DNA of 64,000 nucleotides from an uncultured Gammaproteobacteria bacterium. GTDB lineage: Bacteria > Pseudomonadota > Gammaproteobacteria > UBA9214. Shown piece after piece: positions 19,467-28,994 of the stretch (its first letter is position 1; the number at the start of each line of letters is the position of its first letter). The DNA lies in the NCBI GenBank assembly GCA_963748215.1, contig CAVVHS010000006.1, positions 128,001 through 192,000 of the forward strand, written 5' to 3'. The position numbers were made by a program, and so were the translations under genes. The notes under the pieces are model-generated. The model ran no database searches and was not told where the DNA came from. It worked only from the letters and a program-made list of their open reading frames with translations.

Positions 19467-22145
19467 TCAGTTCGATTTGAAGAAGATGCGCTGATAGCCG
19501 CCCGCAATCAATGCCGCGCTGTCGATCAGCAGCATGGGCAGGGGAGTAAGCAAGGGGTAGGCCAGGTAGGCGCTATGCCACTCGGGTTTGAACTTGTCCT
19601 TGAAGCTGCGCAAACCCTTGTAATTGTAGAAGCGGTTGCCGTACTCGTAGGCCAGGCGGGCAACACGCTCGCCGGCGCGTGCGTAGCGTGTTTCGCCGAC
19701 ACCGACCAGCGGCGCCATCCCCAGGTTGAAGTAGTGATAGCCCTGTGCCTGCGCGTACAGGATCAGTTCGGCAAACAGCAGGTCCATGGTGCTGTGCGGT
19801 GCATTCGGGTGATGCCGCATGAGATCGATGCTCAATTGCGAGCGACTGCCGTAGTCCGGCATCAGGTTGGCGAATGCGACGATGCGCTCGTTCACCCTGA
19901 TCACGGCAATGGGACTGCGTGCCAGGTAGACTTCATTGTAATTGCCTAGCGAGAAGCCTTTTTCCGCCACGCTGCGTTCCTGCAGCCAGGCATCGGAGAC
20001 GGTGCGCAGTTCCGACCACAGCGCCTGGTCCAGTGGCTGCTCGAGTAACTCGAATTGCGCGCCGTCACGCCTGGCACGGTTGACGCCATGACGCAGTGCT
20101 TCACCGCGCTTGCCCGACAGGGTGAAGTTTTCCAGCCTGACCATGGCTGTTTCACCCAGTTTGAACAGGGCAAAGCCGGCATCATGGAAGCGGTGCATGT
20201 GCGACTCGCTGATTTCATAGAAACAGGGTGTCAGGTCGTGCCGGTCAGCGTAGTCGCGAAAGGCGATGATCGCGGCATCGAACGCCGCCGGATCGCCGCA
20301 GGGATCACCCAGTGCAAACAGGCGGTCGCGCATCAGGCCGTATTGAATGAACGCCTTGTGGTCGGGAGACCACAACAGGTACTTGTCGCCGAGAAACACC
20401 AGGTGGGCGAATTCACTGCCGCCGTACTGGTTCAGCACGGCTTCCGCCTCGGCCAGTGCCCCGATATCCGGCCTGGCGGGCACGACCTGCGGGCGTTTGT
20501 AGAATGACCAGCCGATGAACGCAGTGGCCGCTGCCGCGGCAATGAGCAGGCCGCGCGCAAAACGCGGCGCCTCCAGCGACGGGGCGAAGCGTGACAGATA
20601 CTCCCATCCCCAGGGTATCGTGCCGTGGACCCAGTCACCGAGCCAGGCAAAAGCGATGACGGCGATGACCAGTCCCGCCAGCCACAGCAGGCTGCGTGCG
20701 CCGAGCAGCGGATAACTGTCACGGTAAAAGCGGCTGCGCTGGCGCCTGAGCAGCAGTGCAACTATGAGCAGGATCGAGGCCTCTTCGTAATCGATGCCCT
20801 TGATAAAGCTGAGCAGGGCGCCGCTGATGAGCAGGACCTGGGTCAGGGTGTAGGCACTGCGCACCTGTTCCGCGATGCCGCGCGACAACGCGATCAGCAG
20901 CACGCCGGTGGCCACCGACAGCATGTGCGAAATCTCCATGGCGGCGGGTGGCAGGTAGCGTTGCAGGATAACGAGGCGGTCCGCCAGGGTGGGAAAGGCG
21001 GCGGAGGCGAGCAGCACCACACCGCCGCCGAAGGTCAGGTAGGCCAGTATCCGCACGCCGAGCGAGGCCAGCACATTGAGCGGCAGGCCCAGCAGGTCTG
21101 CCAGCCGGCTTTCGCGCCACTGGCGCACCAGCGCCACACGCTGCCAGGCTTCCGGGAGCATCAATTTGTCCGCGCCCAGATAGACGGCAATCAGCCAGGG
21201 CACCAGGTAGTAGCACAGGCGATAGACGAGCACGCCCGAGACCAGGTGTTCCGGGCTGCGGGCAAATGGTGCCAGCAGGACCACCAGCGCGGTGTCGAAG
21301 ACACCGAGGCCGCCGGGGATCAGGCTCAGGATCCCCAGCGTGGAGGCCAGTACAAAACCGGCAAGAAACTGTGGCCAGGGTACGGCGGCATTGCCGAATT
21401 CGAGCGCAATCCAGGCCGTGGCAGCCGCCAGCAGCCAGTCCAGGGTCGAGATGGCGATCAGCGCTGCAAGCGAGGTTCCTGGCTGCGGTCGAAGGTCGTG
21501 CAGCAGGCGCGAGAACAGGCCCTTGTACAGCGCAAGTACATACATCGGGAGATACATCGCGAACGCGCCGAGCGCCAGCCAGGCAGCCCAGACCGGGACG
21601 GGTAGCCGATCGAGTCCCGGTCCGACGCCGAGCAGCAACGGCCAGCTCAACACGGCCAGGCCGGTCGGTACCGAGGCCATGATCAACGCGGAAAACGCGG
21701 CGGCACGCCGGGTCTCGACCTGTTCACGTCCCAGCAGCAACAGGCGGATGCCCGAGCCCGCCAGGCCCGACAGGCCGATCAGGTTGTTGAACGCATTGGC
21801 GATCCAGGCGTTACGAACCAGCGTGCGCAGCGGCAGCCGGATAGCGAAGCTGCGTGCCGCGTGCCAGTCATACAGGCTCATGGCCAGTACCCCGGTCAGG
21901 GCGACGAGCTGGATGAGCAACAGGTGGGGGAGGGTGAGCGCCTGCAGACCGGCGCGCACGGCATGAATATCCAGGCCGTGCAATTCACGGCCGGCCAACA
22001 CGGCGACCAGTACCAGGAAGACTGCCGGCAGTGCGCGCCGAATCCAGCGCAGGCGCTGCGGCTGCGTTGCGTCGCCTGTATCGCCGGGTTCCGGGTGTTG
22101 CCCTGATCCGATCCCGCCTTCGAGTTCAGTTTCTTTTTGCGTCAT
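19467..22145 (-). CDS. mprF: Bifunctional aminoacyl-phosphatidylglycerol synthase/flippase MprF
   Basis: IPGGLGVFD, YRLCYYLVP, LGDPCGD, EKGFSLG, FYNYKGLRSFKDKFKPEW. Confidence 0.95.
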   Translation of the reverse strand: MTQKETELEGGIGSGQHPEPGDTGDATQPQRLRWIRRALPAVFLVLVAVLAGRELHGLDIHAVRAGLQALTLPHLLLIQLVALTGVLAMSLYDWHAARSFAIRLPLRTLVRNAWIANAFNNLIGLSGLAGSGIRLLLLGREQVETRRAAAFSALIMASVPTGLAVLSWPLLLGVGPGLDRLPVPVWAAWLALGAFAMYLPMYVLALYKGLFSRLLHDLRPQPGTSLAALIAISTLDWLLAAATAWIALEFGNAAVPWPQFLAGFVLASTLGILSLIPGGLGVFDTALVVLLAPFARSPEHLVSGVLVYRLCYYLVPWLIAVYLGADKLMLPEAWQRVALVRQWRESRLADLLGLPLNVLASLGVRILAYLTFGGGVVLLASAAFPTLADRLVILQRYLPPAAMEISHMLSVATGVLLIALSRGIAEQVRSAYTLTQVLLISGALLSFIKGIDYEEASILLIVALLLRRQRSRFYRDSYPLLGARSLLWLAGLVIAVIAFAWLGDWVHGTIPWGWEYLSRFAPSLEAPRFARGLLIAAAAATAFIGWSFYKRPQVVPARPDIGALAEAEAVLNQYGGSEFAHLVFLGDKYLLWSPDHKAFIQYGLMRDRLFALGDPCGDPAAFDAAIIAFRDYADRHDLTPCFYEISESHMHRFHDAGFALFKLGETAMVRLENFTLSGKRGEALRHGVNRARRDGAQFELLEQPLDQALWSELRTVSDAWLQERSVAEKGFSLGNYNEVYLARSPIAVIRVNERIVAFANLMPDYGSRSQLSIDLMRHHPNAPHSTMDLLFAELILYAQAQGYHYFNLGMAPLVGVGETRYARAGERVARLAYEYGNRFYNYKGLRSFKDKFKPEWHSAYLAYPLLTPLPMLLIDSAALIAGGYQRIFFKSN

Positions 22146-22166
22146 GGGTTTGATTCAGGGTTATGC

Positions 22167-22736
22167 TCATGAAGCGCTGTGTGTGGAGCGCCGCCGCCGG
22201 TACCAGTGCACCAGCCAGAGCAGGGTGCCGACTCCGATAATTGACGCCATCAGCGCGAGTTCATAGTGCTTGATGTCGCCCACCAGCACTTCCACGGCCT
22301 GGCCAAAATAGTAACCGGCGAGACCAAAACAGATGGCCCAGATGCCGGCGCCGAGCAGGTTGAGCAGGGAGAAGCGCAACCAGGAAACGTCACTCATGCC
22401 GATTGCGATGGGTGTCACCGTGCGCAGGCCATACAGAAAGCGGAACCCGAGGATAAGCAGCATCTGGTGTCGCTCCAGTTTATCCAATACCCGGTCCATG
22501 CCTGCAAGCCAGGCCGGGTGACGCGCCAGCAGGCCCTTGCCATGGCGCCGGCCGAGAAAGAAATAGAGTTGATCGCCGAACAGTGTTCCGCAAAATCCAC
22601 ACGCAATCACCCAGTCCAGCGACAGGTAACCCAGGTGCGCAACGACACCGCCCAGCACCATGACGGTTTCGCCTTCCAGGAAGGTGCCGACGAGGAGGAT
22701 CGGGTAGCCATAGCTTGTCAGCAATGATTCCAGCAT
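22167..22736 (-). CDS. DedA family membrane protein
   Basis: GTFLEGETV, GDQLYFFLGR, RFLYGLR. Confidence 0.92.
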   Translation of the reverse strand: MLESLLTSYGYPILLVGTFLEGETVMVLGGVVAHLGYLSLDWVIACGFCGTLFGDQLYFFLGRRHGKGLLARHPAWLAGMDRVLDKLERHQMLLILGFRFLYGLRTVTPIAIGMSDVSWLRFSLLNLLGAGIWAICFGLAGYYFGQAVEVLVGDIKHYELALMASIIGVGTLLWLVHWYRRRRSTHSAS

Positions 22737-22921
22737 GATGGATAAAGCTTAACCCCCATCGATGCTTGTGAATACTCTCCAATTCTTCATATGCCAGGTT
22801 GGCTGGATTAACTCGACTGCCGCCCGGTTGCTTATGATTCTTTTTTACGGAATGTTTACGGGTGCTGTTACAGGGTGTCGGGTTGCAGGCTATCCTGCCA
22901 CTACGCAGCTGAACAGCCAGG

Positions 22922-23927
22922 TGTAGGGTGCGTTTTACGCACCGGCAGCGGTGCACGAAGTGCAGCCTACAAAAAATAATGGCCACGGAATCCACGGAAG
23001 AACACGGAAAAATAATCCTACCTCCTTCAGGCACACAAGAGCCGGTACATGAAGGAGCGCATCTCGTGCGCGATGATAATGGCCACGGAACCACACGGAA
23101 GGACACGGAAATGCGACCGTAGGGTGCGTTTTACGCACCGGGAACGGCGCCCGGGGTGCCTCCTGCAGCTGACGTGGGGCGTGAGAGGTGAGACGTGAGA
23201 CGTGAAAAGAAAAATGGCCACGGAAGCACACAGAAATACACGGAAAGGATGTAGGATGCACTCTGTGTACCATTGAGTAAGACGTGAAAGGTGAAACGTG
23301 AATTATGGGCGCGATGATAATGGCCACGGAATCCACGGAATAACACGAAAAAATTAATCAGCCACGGGGCGTAGGGTGCGTTTTACGCACCGGGAACGGC
23401 GCCCGGGGTGCCTCCTGCAGCTGACGTGGGGCGTGAGAGGTGAGACGTGAGACGTGAAAAGAAAAATGGCCACGGAAGCACACAGAAATACACGGAAAGG
23501 ATGTAGGGTGCACTCTGTGTACCATTGAGTAAGACGTGAAAGGTGAAACGTGAATTATGGGCGCGATGATAATGGCCACGGAATCCACGGAATAACACTC
23601 CTAAAAATTAATCAGCCGCGGGGTGCAGGGTGCGTTTTACGCACCGGGAACGGCGCCCGGGGTGCCTCCTGCAGCTGACGTGGGGCGTGAGAGGTGAGAC
23701 GTGAGACGTGAAAAGAAAAATGGCCACGGAAGCACACAGAAATACACGGAAAGGATGTAGGATGCACTCTGTGTACCATTGAGTAAGACGTGAAAGGTGA
23801 AACGTGAATTATGGGCGCGATGATAATGGCCACGGAATCCACGGAATAACACGAAAAAATTAATCAGCCACGGGGTGCAGGGTGCGTTTTACGCACCGGG
23901 AACGGCGCCCGGGGCGCCTCCTGCAGC
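22922..23927. repeat. Composite repeat region containing 3.2 tandem units of 252-254 bp
   Basis: Units start at 23119, 23371, 23625 and 23877 (GYAGGGTGCGTTTTACGCACCGGGAACGG) and are near-identical. Confidence 0.95.
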
Positions 23928-24179
23928 GCTGTTGCCTGCGGACGACTCACATCACGTCACGCGCACCTGATCATCGGCCAATGGCCAGGCAGCGCCATGC
24001 GGCGGCGTCGGTACAGGGTCAGGCGTTTTATTGATGCTTGTCATTGCATCCTGCACAGCGCCGTCCACAATGACAGTTGACTCCCGATGCGCTATGTACA
24101 ACTTGATCCGGGCAGCCGCGCAGGCTATTGGCTTGCACTGTATTGTTATCGACAGCAACCGCGACAGAGGATGAACCAC

Positions 24180-24548
24180 ATGACAACAGACATCGATCCG
24201 GTACTGGGTACCTGGTACCGGCACCTCGACAAGGGGCAGGAATTCTGCGTCGTCGCTATCGAGGACGCCGACGGCGTCGTCGAAATCCAGCATTTCGATG
24301 GCAGCATCGAGGCCATTGACCCGGATGCATGGTACGAGCTGGACATCGAAACGACGGAGGCACCGGAGAACTGGGCCGGCGCGCTCGATATCGCCGAACG
24401 CGACGATCTCGGCACGGAGGTCACCGATACCAGCGCCGCGGACTGGCGTGCGCCGCAACAGGAACTCGGACATACCGTCGGCAACGAGGCGCTGATCGCC
24501 GACGAGGCAGAAGAGTGGGAAGAGACGTCGCGGGAGGGCGAAGAATGA
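24180..24548 (+). CDS. Acidic hypothetical protein (DUF6763-like)
   Basis: DPVLGTWYRHLDKGQEFCVVAI...EIQHFDG; GAGG RBS; family name from recollection. Confidence 0.7.
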   Translation: MTTDIDPVLGTWYRHLDKGQEFCVVAIEDADGVVEIQHFDGSIEAIDPDAWYELDIETTEAPENWAGALDIAERDDLGTEVTDTSAADWRAPQQELGHTVGNEALIADEAEEWEETSREGEE

Positions 24549-24567
24549 CACAAGCCGGGAGACAGTC

Positions 24568-24957
24568 ATGCTGACACAAGATCAGACCAGTGAATTCAGG
24601 AGGATCCTGAAACAGCGTTTCCTGGAGGAGCGCGAACAGGTTCGCCAGGCCCTGTTGCAATCGGACCAGCAAAGCCATGCGGAACTCGCCGGAGAGGTTC
24701 ACGACAGCGAGGAGGTCGCGCTGGCGGACCTGCTGGTCGATGTGGCGCTGGCCGGCATCGATCGGCATATCGTTGAAATCCGCGCTATTGACGCCGCCCT
24801 GCTGCATATCGCGCAAGGCAGTTACGGGGTCTGTACCGATTGTGGTGAGGCGATCGACCTCCAGCGTCTGCGGGCGGCCCCGACGGTGCAGCGCTGCGTA
24901 CCCTGCCAGACCCGTTACGAAAATCGCGACCGGACGCTGCACAACACATCGCTGTGA
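24568..24957 (+). CDS. TraR/DksA C4-type zinc-finger protein
   Basis: DAALLHIAQGSYGVCTDCGEAIDLQRLRAAP...RCVPCQ. Confidence 0.92.
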   Translation: MLTQDQTSEFRRILKQRFLEEREQVRQALLQSDQQSHAELAGEVHDSEEVALADLLVDVALAGIDRHIVEIRAIDAALLHIAQGSYGVCTDCGEAIDLQRLRAAPTVQRCVPCQTRYENRDRTLHNTSL

Positions 24958-25132
24958 GTGCCGGCAGTCCCGTCGGGTCATCGTGAGTTGCGCGCACGAC
25001 CCGCGGAGGTCAGGTACTGGCGTCGCTGCAGCGCCATTCCGGCGCCGGTCGTTGCGACGAATCGATGCGCTTCAGCTGCGCGTCGCTCCCGATGCACGGG
25101 GGCCGGCTGGCCGGCCCGGTGTGTAATGCGGG

Positions 25133-26590
25133 CTAGCTCCCCAGCGTAATCACCCGGATCAGGTCGGTGCCGCCGGCCTGCTGGTGGTGGCCGGCCGTCG
25201 ACACCACGATGTCGCCGGCCTGCAGGTAGCCCAGCGCCTTGCCCTGTTCGATGGCGAAGTCGAGACGCGCCCGGTCACCGGGTTCGCCGTTGTAGAGGAT
25301 GGGGATGACGCCCCAGTTCATGGCCAGCTTGCGTGCCACCCGGGTGGACGAGGTAATGGCGAGAATGGGAATGTCAGGGCGGTATTTCGAGATGAGTCGC
25401 GAGGTGAAGCCGGTCTCGGTCAGGCTGATGATTGCCGCTGCCTTGAGGTGCGTGGACATGCTGACCGCGGCCTGGCTGACGGCCTCGGTCACCACGTTCG
25501 AGGGATTCGGCTTGATGCGCTGCAGGTAGCCGTAATCACCCAGCGAGGCCTCCGCGCGCCGCGCGATGGTGGCCATGGTGATGACGGCCTCCACCGGGTA
25601 CTTGCCGACGGCGGTTTCGCCCGACAGCATGACGGCCGAGGTGCCGTCCAGGATGGCATTGGCGACGTCGCTGGCCTCGGCCCGGGTCGGTTTCGGGTTG
25701 TGTTCCATCGAGGCCAGCATCTGCGTGGCGGTGATGACGGGTTTGCCTTCGGCCACGGTGGTGCGAATGATGAGTTTCTGCGTGGCGGGGACATCGGCCA
25801 GCGGCAGCTCCACGCCCATGTCGCCGCGCGCCACCATGATGCCGTCAGCGGCGCTCACGATTTCCTGCAGGTTGGCGACGCCGGCCTTGTTCTCGATCTT
25901 GGCGATGATGGGAATGTTGACGCCTTTCTCGATAAGGATTTCGCGCATCTTGTAGATGTCGTCGGCGGACTGGATGAAGGACGCGGCGATGTAATCGACA
26001 TCGTTCTCGGCCGCGAATCCCAGCTCCCGCACCACATCCTCGCGGTTTTCCGGGCTGACGGCGCTCAGCGCCAGCCGGGTCTCGGGCAGGTTTACGCTCT
26101 TGCTGTTGCCCAGCCAGCCGCCATGGACGACCCGGCAGTTGATGGCGCTGCCGTTGACGCCGGTAGCCACCAGCTCGATGGCGCCGTCATCGATCAGGAT
26201 CTGTGTGCCGGCACTGACTTCCTCGGCCAGCTTTCGGTAGGTGACCGACACGCCGCTGGCATCGCCGGTACGCTTCTCTGTTGACAGGGTGAAACTGGCG
26301 CCCGGCAGCAGCTCGACCGGCCCGCCATCCAGTATGCCGGTGCGGATCTCGATGCCGCGGGTATCGATCATGATGGCGATGTTGATGCCGACCTGTTCGG
26401 CCGCTTCGCGCAGCAGCACGATCTGTTCCTTGTGTGCCTCAAGGCTGCCATGCGAGAGGTTCAGGCGCGCCACGTTCATGCCGGCCCGGATCATGGCGGC
26501 GAGTTTGTCCAGCGAACTGCATGCCGGTCCGATGGTGGCGACGATCTTGGTTTTGCGCTGGCTGGAGAGGCCGGTTGTGGAGTTGGTCAT
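25133..26590 (-). CDS. pyk: Pyruvate kinase
   Basis: RKTKIVATIGPA, ARLNLSHG, MVARGDMGVE, PTRAEASDVANA, MLSGETA. Confidence 0.96.
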   Translation of the reverse strand: MTNSTTGLSSQRKTKIVATIGPACSSLDKLAAMIRAGMNVARLNLSHGSLEAHKEQIVLLREAAEQVGINIAIMIDTRGIEIRTGILDGGPVELLPGASFTLSTEKRTGDASGVSVTYRKLAEEVSAGTQILIDDGAIELVATGVNGSAINCRVVHGGWLGNSKSVNLPETRLALSAVSPENREDVVRELGFAAENDVDYIAASFIQSADDIYKMREILIEKGVNIPIIAKIENKAGVANLQEIVSAADGIMVARGDMGVELPLADVPATQKLIIRTTVAEGKPVITATQMLASMEHNPKPTRAEASDVANAILDGTSAVMLSGETAVGKYPVEAVITMATIARRAEASLGDYGYLQRIKPNPSNVVTEAVSQAAVSMSTHLKAAAIISLTETGFTSRLISKYRPDIPILAITSSTRVARKLAMNWGVIPILYNGEPGDRARLDFAIEQGKALGYLQAGDIVVSTAGHHQQAGGTDLIRVITLGS

Positions 26591-26784
26591 TCGGGATGTA
26601 CCGCCTGCTGGGAATGTCAGATGAAGGGTAAGTATTTGCGGATATTCTACTGCTAATTTGGTGCCCGCAGTATGTTTATTGCGGGCCGAATGCCGCACTG
26701 CTGCGCGCCGGGAGCTGTGACGGCCGGGTGAGCGCCGTTAGGTTCAGGACAGAACATTCCTGCCGGCAGGTTTTTCGCCAGTAC

Positions 26785-28041
26785 TCACACGGAACCGGCC
26801 AGGCTGCTGGCCAGTTGCAAGGCAATGAATGCCAGTGCGCCTGCCGCCCCGACCGCGGGCACCCAGCGGTACACCGAGAAGCCCTGGTAGCTGTCCGCGG
26901 CGCGGCGCTTGATGCGCCACAGTGACAGGTTGACCAGTACGAATACCAGCAGGATGAAGAAGCTGGTGGCGCGGGCCAGGCTTTCCAGTGGCAACCAGAG
27001 CGCCATGAGCATGACGAGCAGTGTCACCAGCCCGGTGGCGAGCACGGGCGTGCGCGTGGCCGGGTGCACCCGCGCCAGCCAGGGCGGTGCCCAGCCCCGG
27101 TTGCCCATGCCGTAGCAGACACGCGAGGCCATGATGATCTGGATCAGCGCGCCATTGACCACGGCGATCATACTGATTGCCGCGATCAGCAGCGGATCCG
27201 CCTGGCTTGCCTGCTGGTAGATGTAGGCCAGCGGCGCATCGGAAGCGGCCAGCTGCGCGGGTGTGACCACACTCACCGCGACCACGGCCACGGCGAAATA
27301 CAGCAGTGTTGAAATGCCCAGTGCCGTCAGGATCGCGCGCGGCAGGTTGCGCTGTGGCTGCCGCACCTCTTCCGCGACATTGACCATGTCCTCAAAACCG
27401 ATAAAGGCGTAGAAGGCGAGAAATGCACCGAGAAAAATGCCCCGCGCGCTGCCGGCATCCACGGGTGATGTCAGCGCCGACAGGGTGTTGAGCAGGGTCG
27501 TGGAATCCGGTCGCGCGACCCACAGGATCAGCAGCAGGCCGGCAATTTCCACCACCGTCATCACGGCCGCGACGAGGATGGACTGGGTGATGCCCCAGGC
27601 GGCAAGCGCACCCAGGCAGGTCACCAGCAGCACGATCGCCGGCAGCGCCGGAAACGGGGTAAAGACCTGCAGGTAGCCGGTGAAGCCGCGCGCGATGGTG
27701 GCGGCCGACACGATTCCGGCCATGATAATCAGCAGGCCGGTCAGGATGGCCAGCGGGCGGATGCCGAGGCCATCCTGTATATAGACGACTTCGCCGGCGC
27801 TGAACGGGTAGCGTGCCGAGAGCTCGGCATAGCTGAACGCCGTAAACCCCGCCAGCAGCGACGCCAGCAGGAAGGACAGCGGTGCCTGGTAACCCGCATA
27901 GGCGGCGACCTTGCCGATCAGGACATAGACGCCGGCGCCGAGAATATTGCCCAGCCCGTAAAAGATCACCAGCGACAGCGACAGCGAACGCCGCAGCGCC
28001 GGCTGCGGCTTGTTGGCGGGATCGTTACCTGTGCTGTGCAT
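26785..28041 (-). CDS. APC family amino-acid permease
   Basis: YGLGNILGAGVYVLIG, SYAELSARYP, FYAFIGFEDMVNVAEE; start codon uncertain. Confidence 0.9.
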   Translation of the reverse strand: MHSTGNDPANKPQPALRRSLSLSLVIFYGLGNILGAGVYVLIGKVAAYAGYQAPLSFLLASLLAGFTAFSYAELSARYPFSAGEVVYIQDGLGIRPLAILTGLLIIMAGIVSAATIARGFTGYLQVFTPFPALPAIVLLVTCLGALAAWGITQSILVAAVMTVVEIAGLLLILWVARPDSTTLLNTLSALTSPVDAGSARGIFLGAFLAFYAFIGFEDMVNVAEEVRQPQRNLPRAILTALGISTLLYFAVAVVAVSVVTPAQLAASDAPLAYIYQQASQADPLLIAAISMIAVVNGALIQIIMASRVCYGMGNRGWAPPWLARVHPATRTPVLATGLVTLLVMLMALWLPLESLARATSFFILLVFVLVNLSLWRIKRRAADSYQGFSVYRWVPAVGAAGALAFIALQLASSLAGSV

Positions 28042-28175
28042 GGGGGGCAGGCTGCGGGTTCGGTCTGCCAAGTGTATGGAAATGGCGGACATCGACAAGC
28101 CCCGCGCCGGCATTGACGTAGCGGCGCAGACGCAGGTACGGTAGCCGGAAAGGTGGCAGGCAGGGCTTGCAGGGT

Positions 28176-28841
28176 ATGTCTATGAAGCAACGTGACATGA
28201 TCAGTGATATCGAGGCCGAGGTGCGTTACACGCAGCATCTCATTGGTCGCGAGGCCCTCGATCCGCGCGTGATGCAAGCCGTTGCCGAGGTGCCGCGTGA
28301 CCGGTTCGTGCCCGACAACCTGCGCAAGGCGGCCTTCGACAACGGTCCGCTGCCGATCGGTCATGGCCAGACCATTTCACAACCCTACATCGTGGCGCTG
28401 ATGACCGACCTGCTGCGGCCCGGGGCCGGACAGCGCATCCTCGAGATCGGTACCGGTTCCGGCTACCAGGCCGCCATCCTGTCCCTCCTGTGCGAGCGCG
28501 TCTATACCGTGGAGCGGGTAGGGGAGCTGGGCGAGGCGGCTGCGCGCCGTCTGCAGTCACTCGGTTACCATAATATCGAGACGCGCGTCGGCGATGGTTA
28601 CGCGGGCTGGCCCGAGCATGCGCCCTACGACGGCATCATCGTGACCGCGGCGGCACCCTTCATTCCGCCGGCGCTGGTCGAACAGCTGGCGCCCGGCGGC
28701 AGGCTGGTCATCCCGGTCGGGGAAATGTACGGGCACCAGGAATTGCTGCTGGTGCAGAAAGACGCGGACGGTACCTTGCACCAGAAAGACATCCTCGGTG
28801 TCGCCTTCGTCCCGCTGGTGGGCAAGGAGCCTGTTTCATGA
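28176..28841 (+). CDS. pcm: Protein-L-isoaspartate O-methyltransferase
   Basis: GQTISQPYIVA, LEIGTGSGYQAA, APYDGIIVTAA, FVPL. Confidence 0.96.
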   Translation: MSMKQRDMISDIEAEVRYTQHLIGREALDPRVMQAVAEVPRDRFVPDNLRKAAFDNGPLPIGHGQTISQPYIVALMTDLLRPGAGQRILEIGTGSGYQAAILSLLCERVYTVERVGELGEAAARRLQSLGYHNIETRVGDGYAGWPEHAPYDGIIVTAAAPFIPPALVEQLAPGGRLVIPVGEMYGHQELLLVQKDADGTLHQKDILGVAFVPLVGKEPVS

Positions 28842-28994
28842 TGACCGGTGCCCGGGGTCTGCCGCGCTGCGAGGATCGGGGACCTGCGTGCCATGTGTCC
28901 GGTTCATGCAGGCGAACACTGGCTGACGGGGCCGCATGCCTGTATAACGTCAGCGGATGATATCCTCGCATCGAAACCTGCCCGGTTGAGCCCC

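Noticed and set aside
22935-23852. Repeated short ORFs (MDSVAIIIAP..., MLFRGFRGH...)
   Set aside because: These are translations of the non-coding 252-bp repeat, with no RBS or family signal. Not CRISPR either, since there are no unique spacers.
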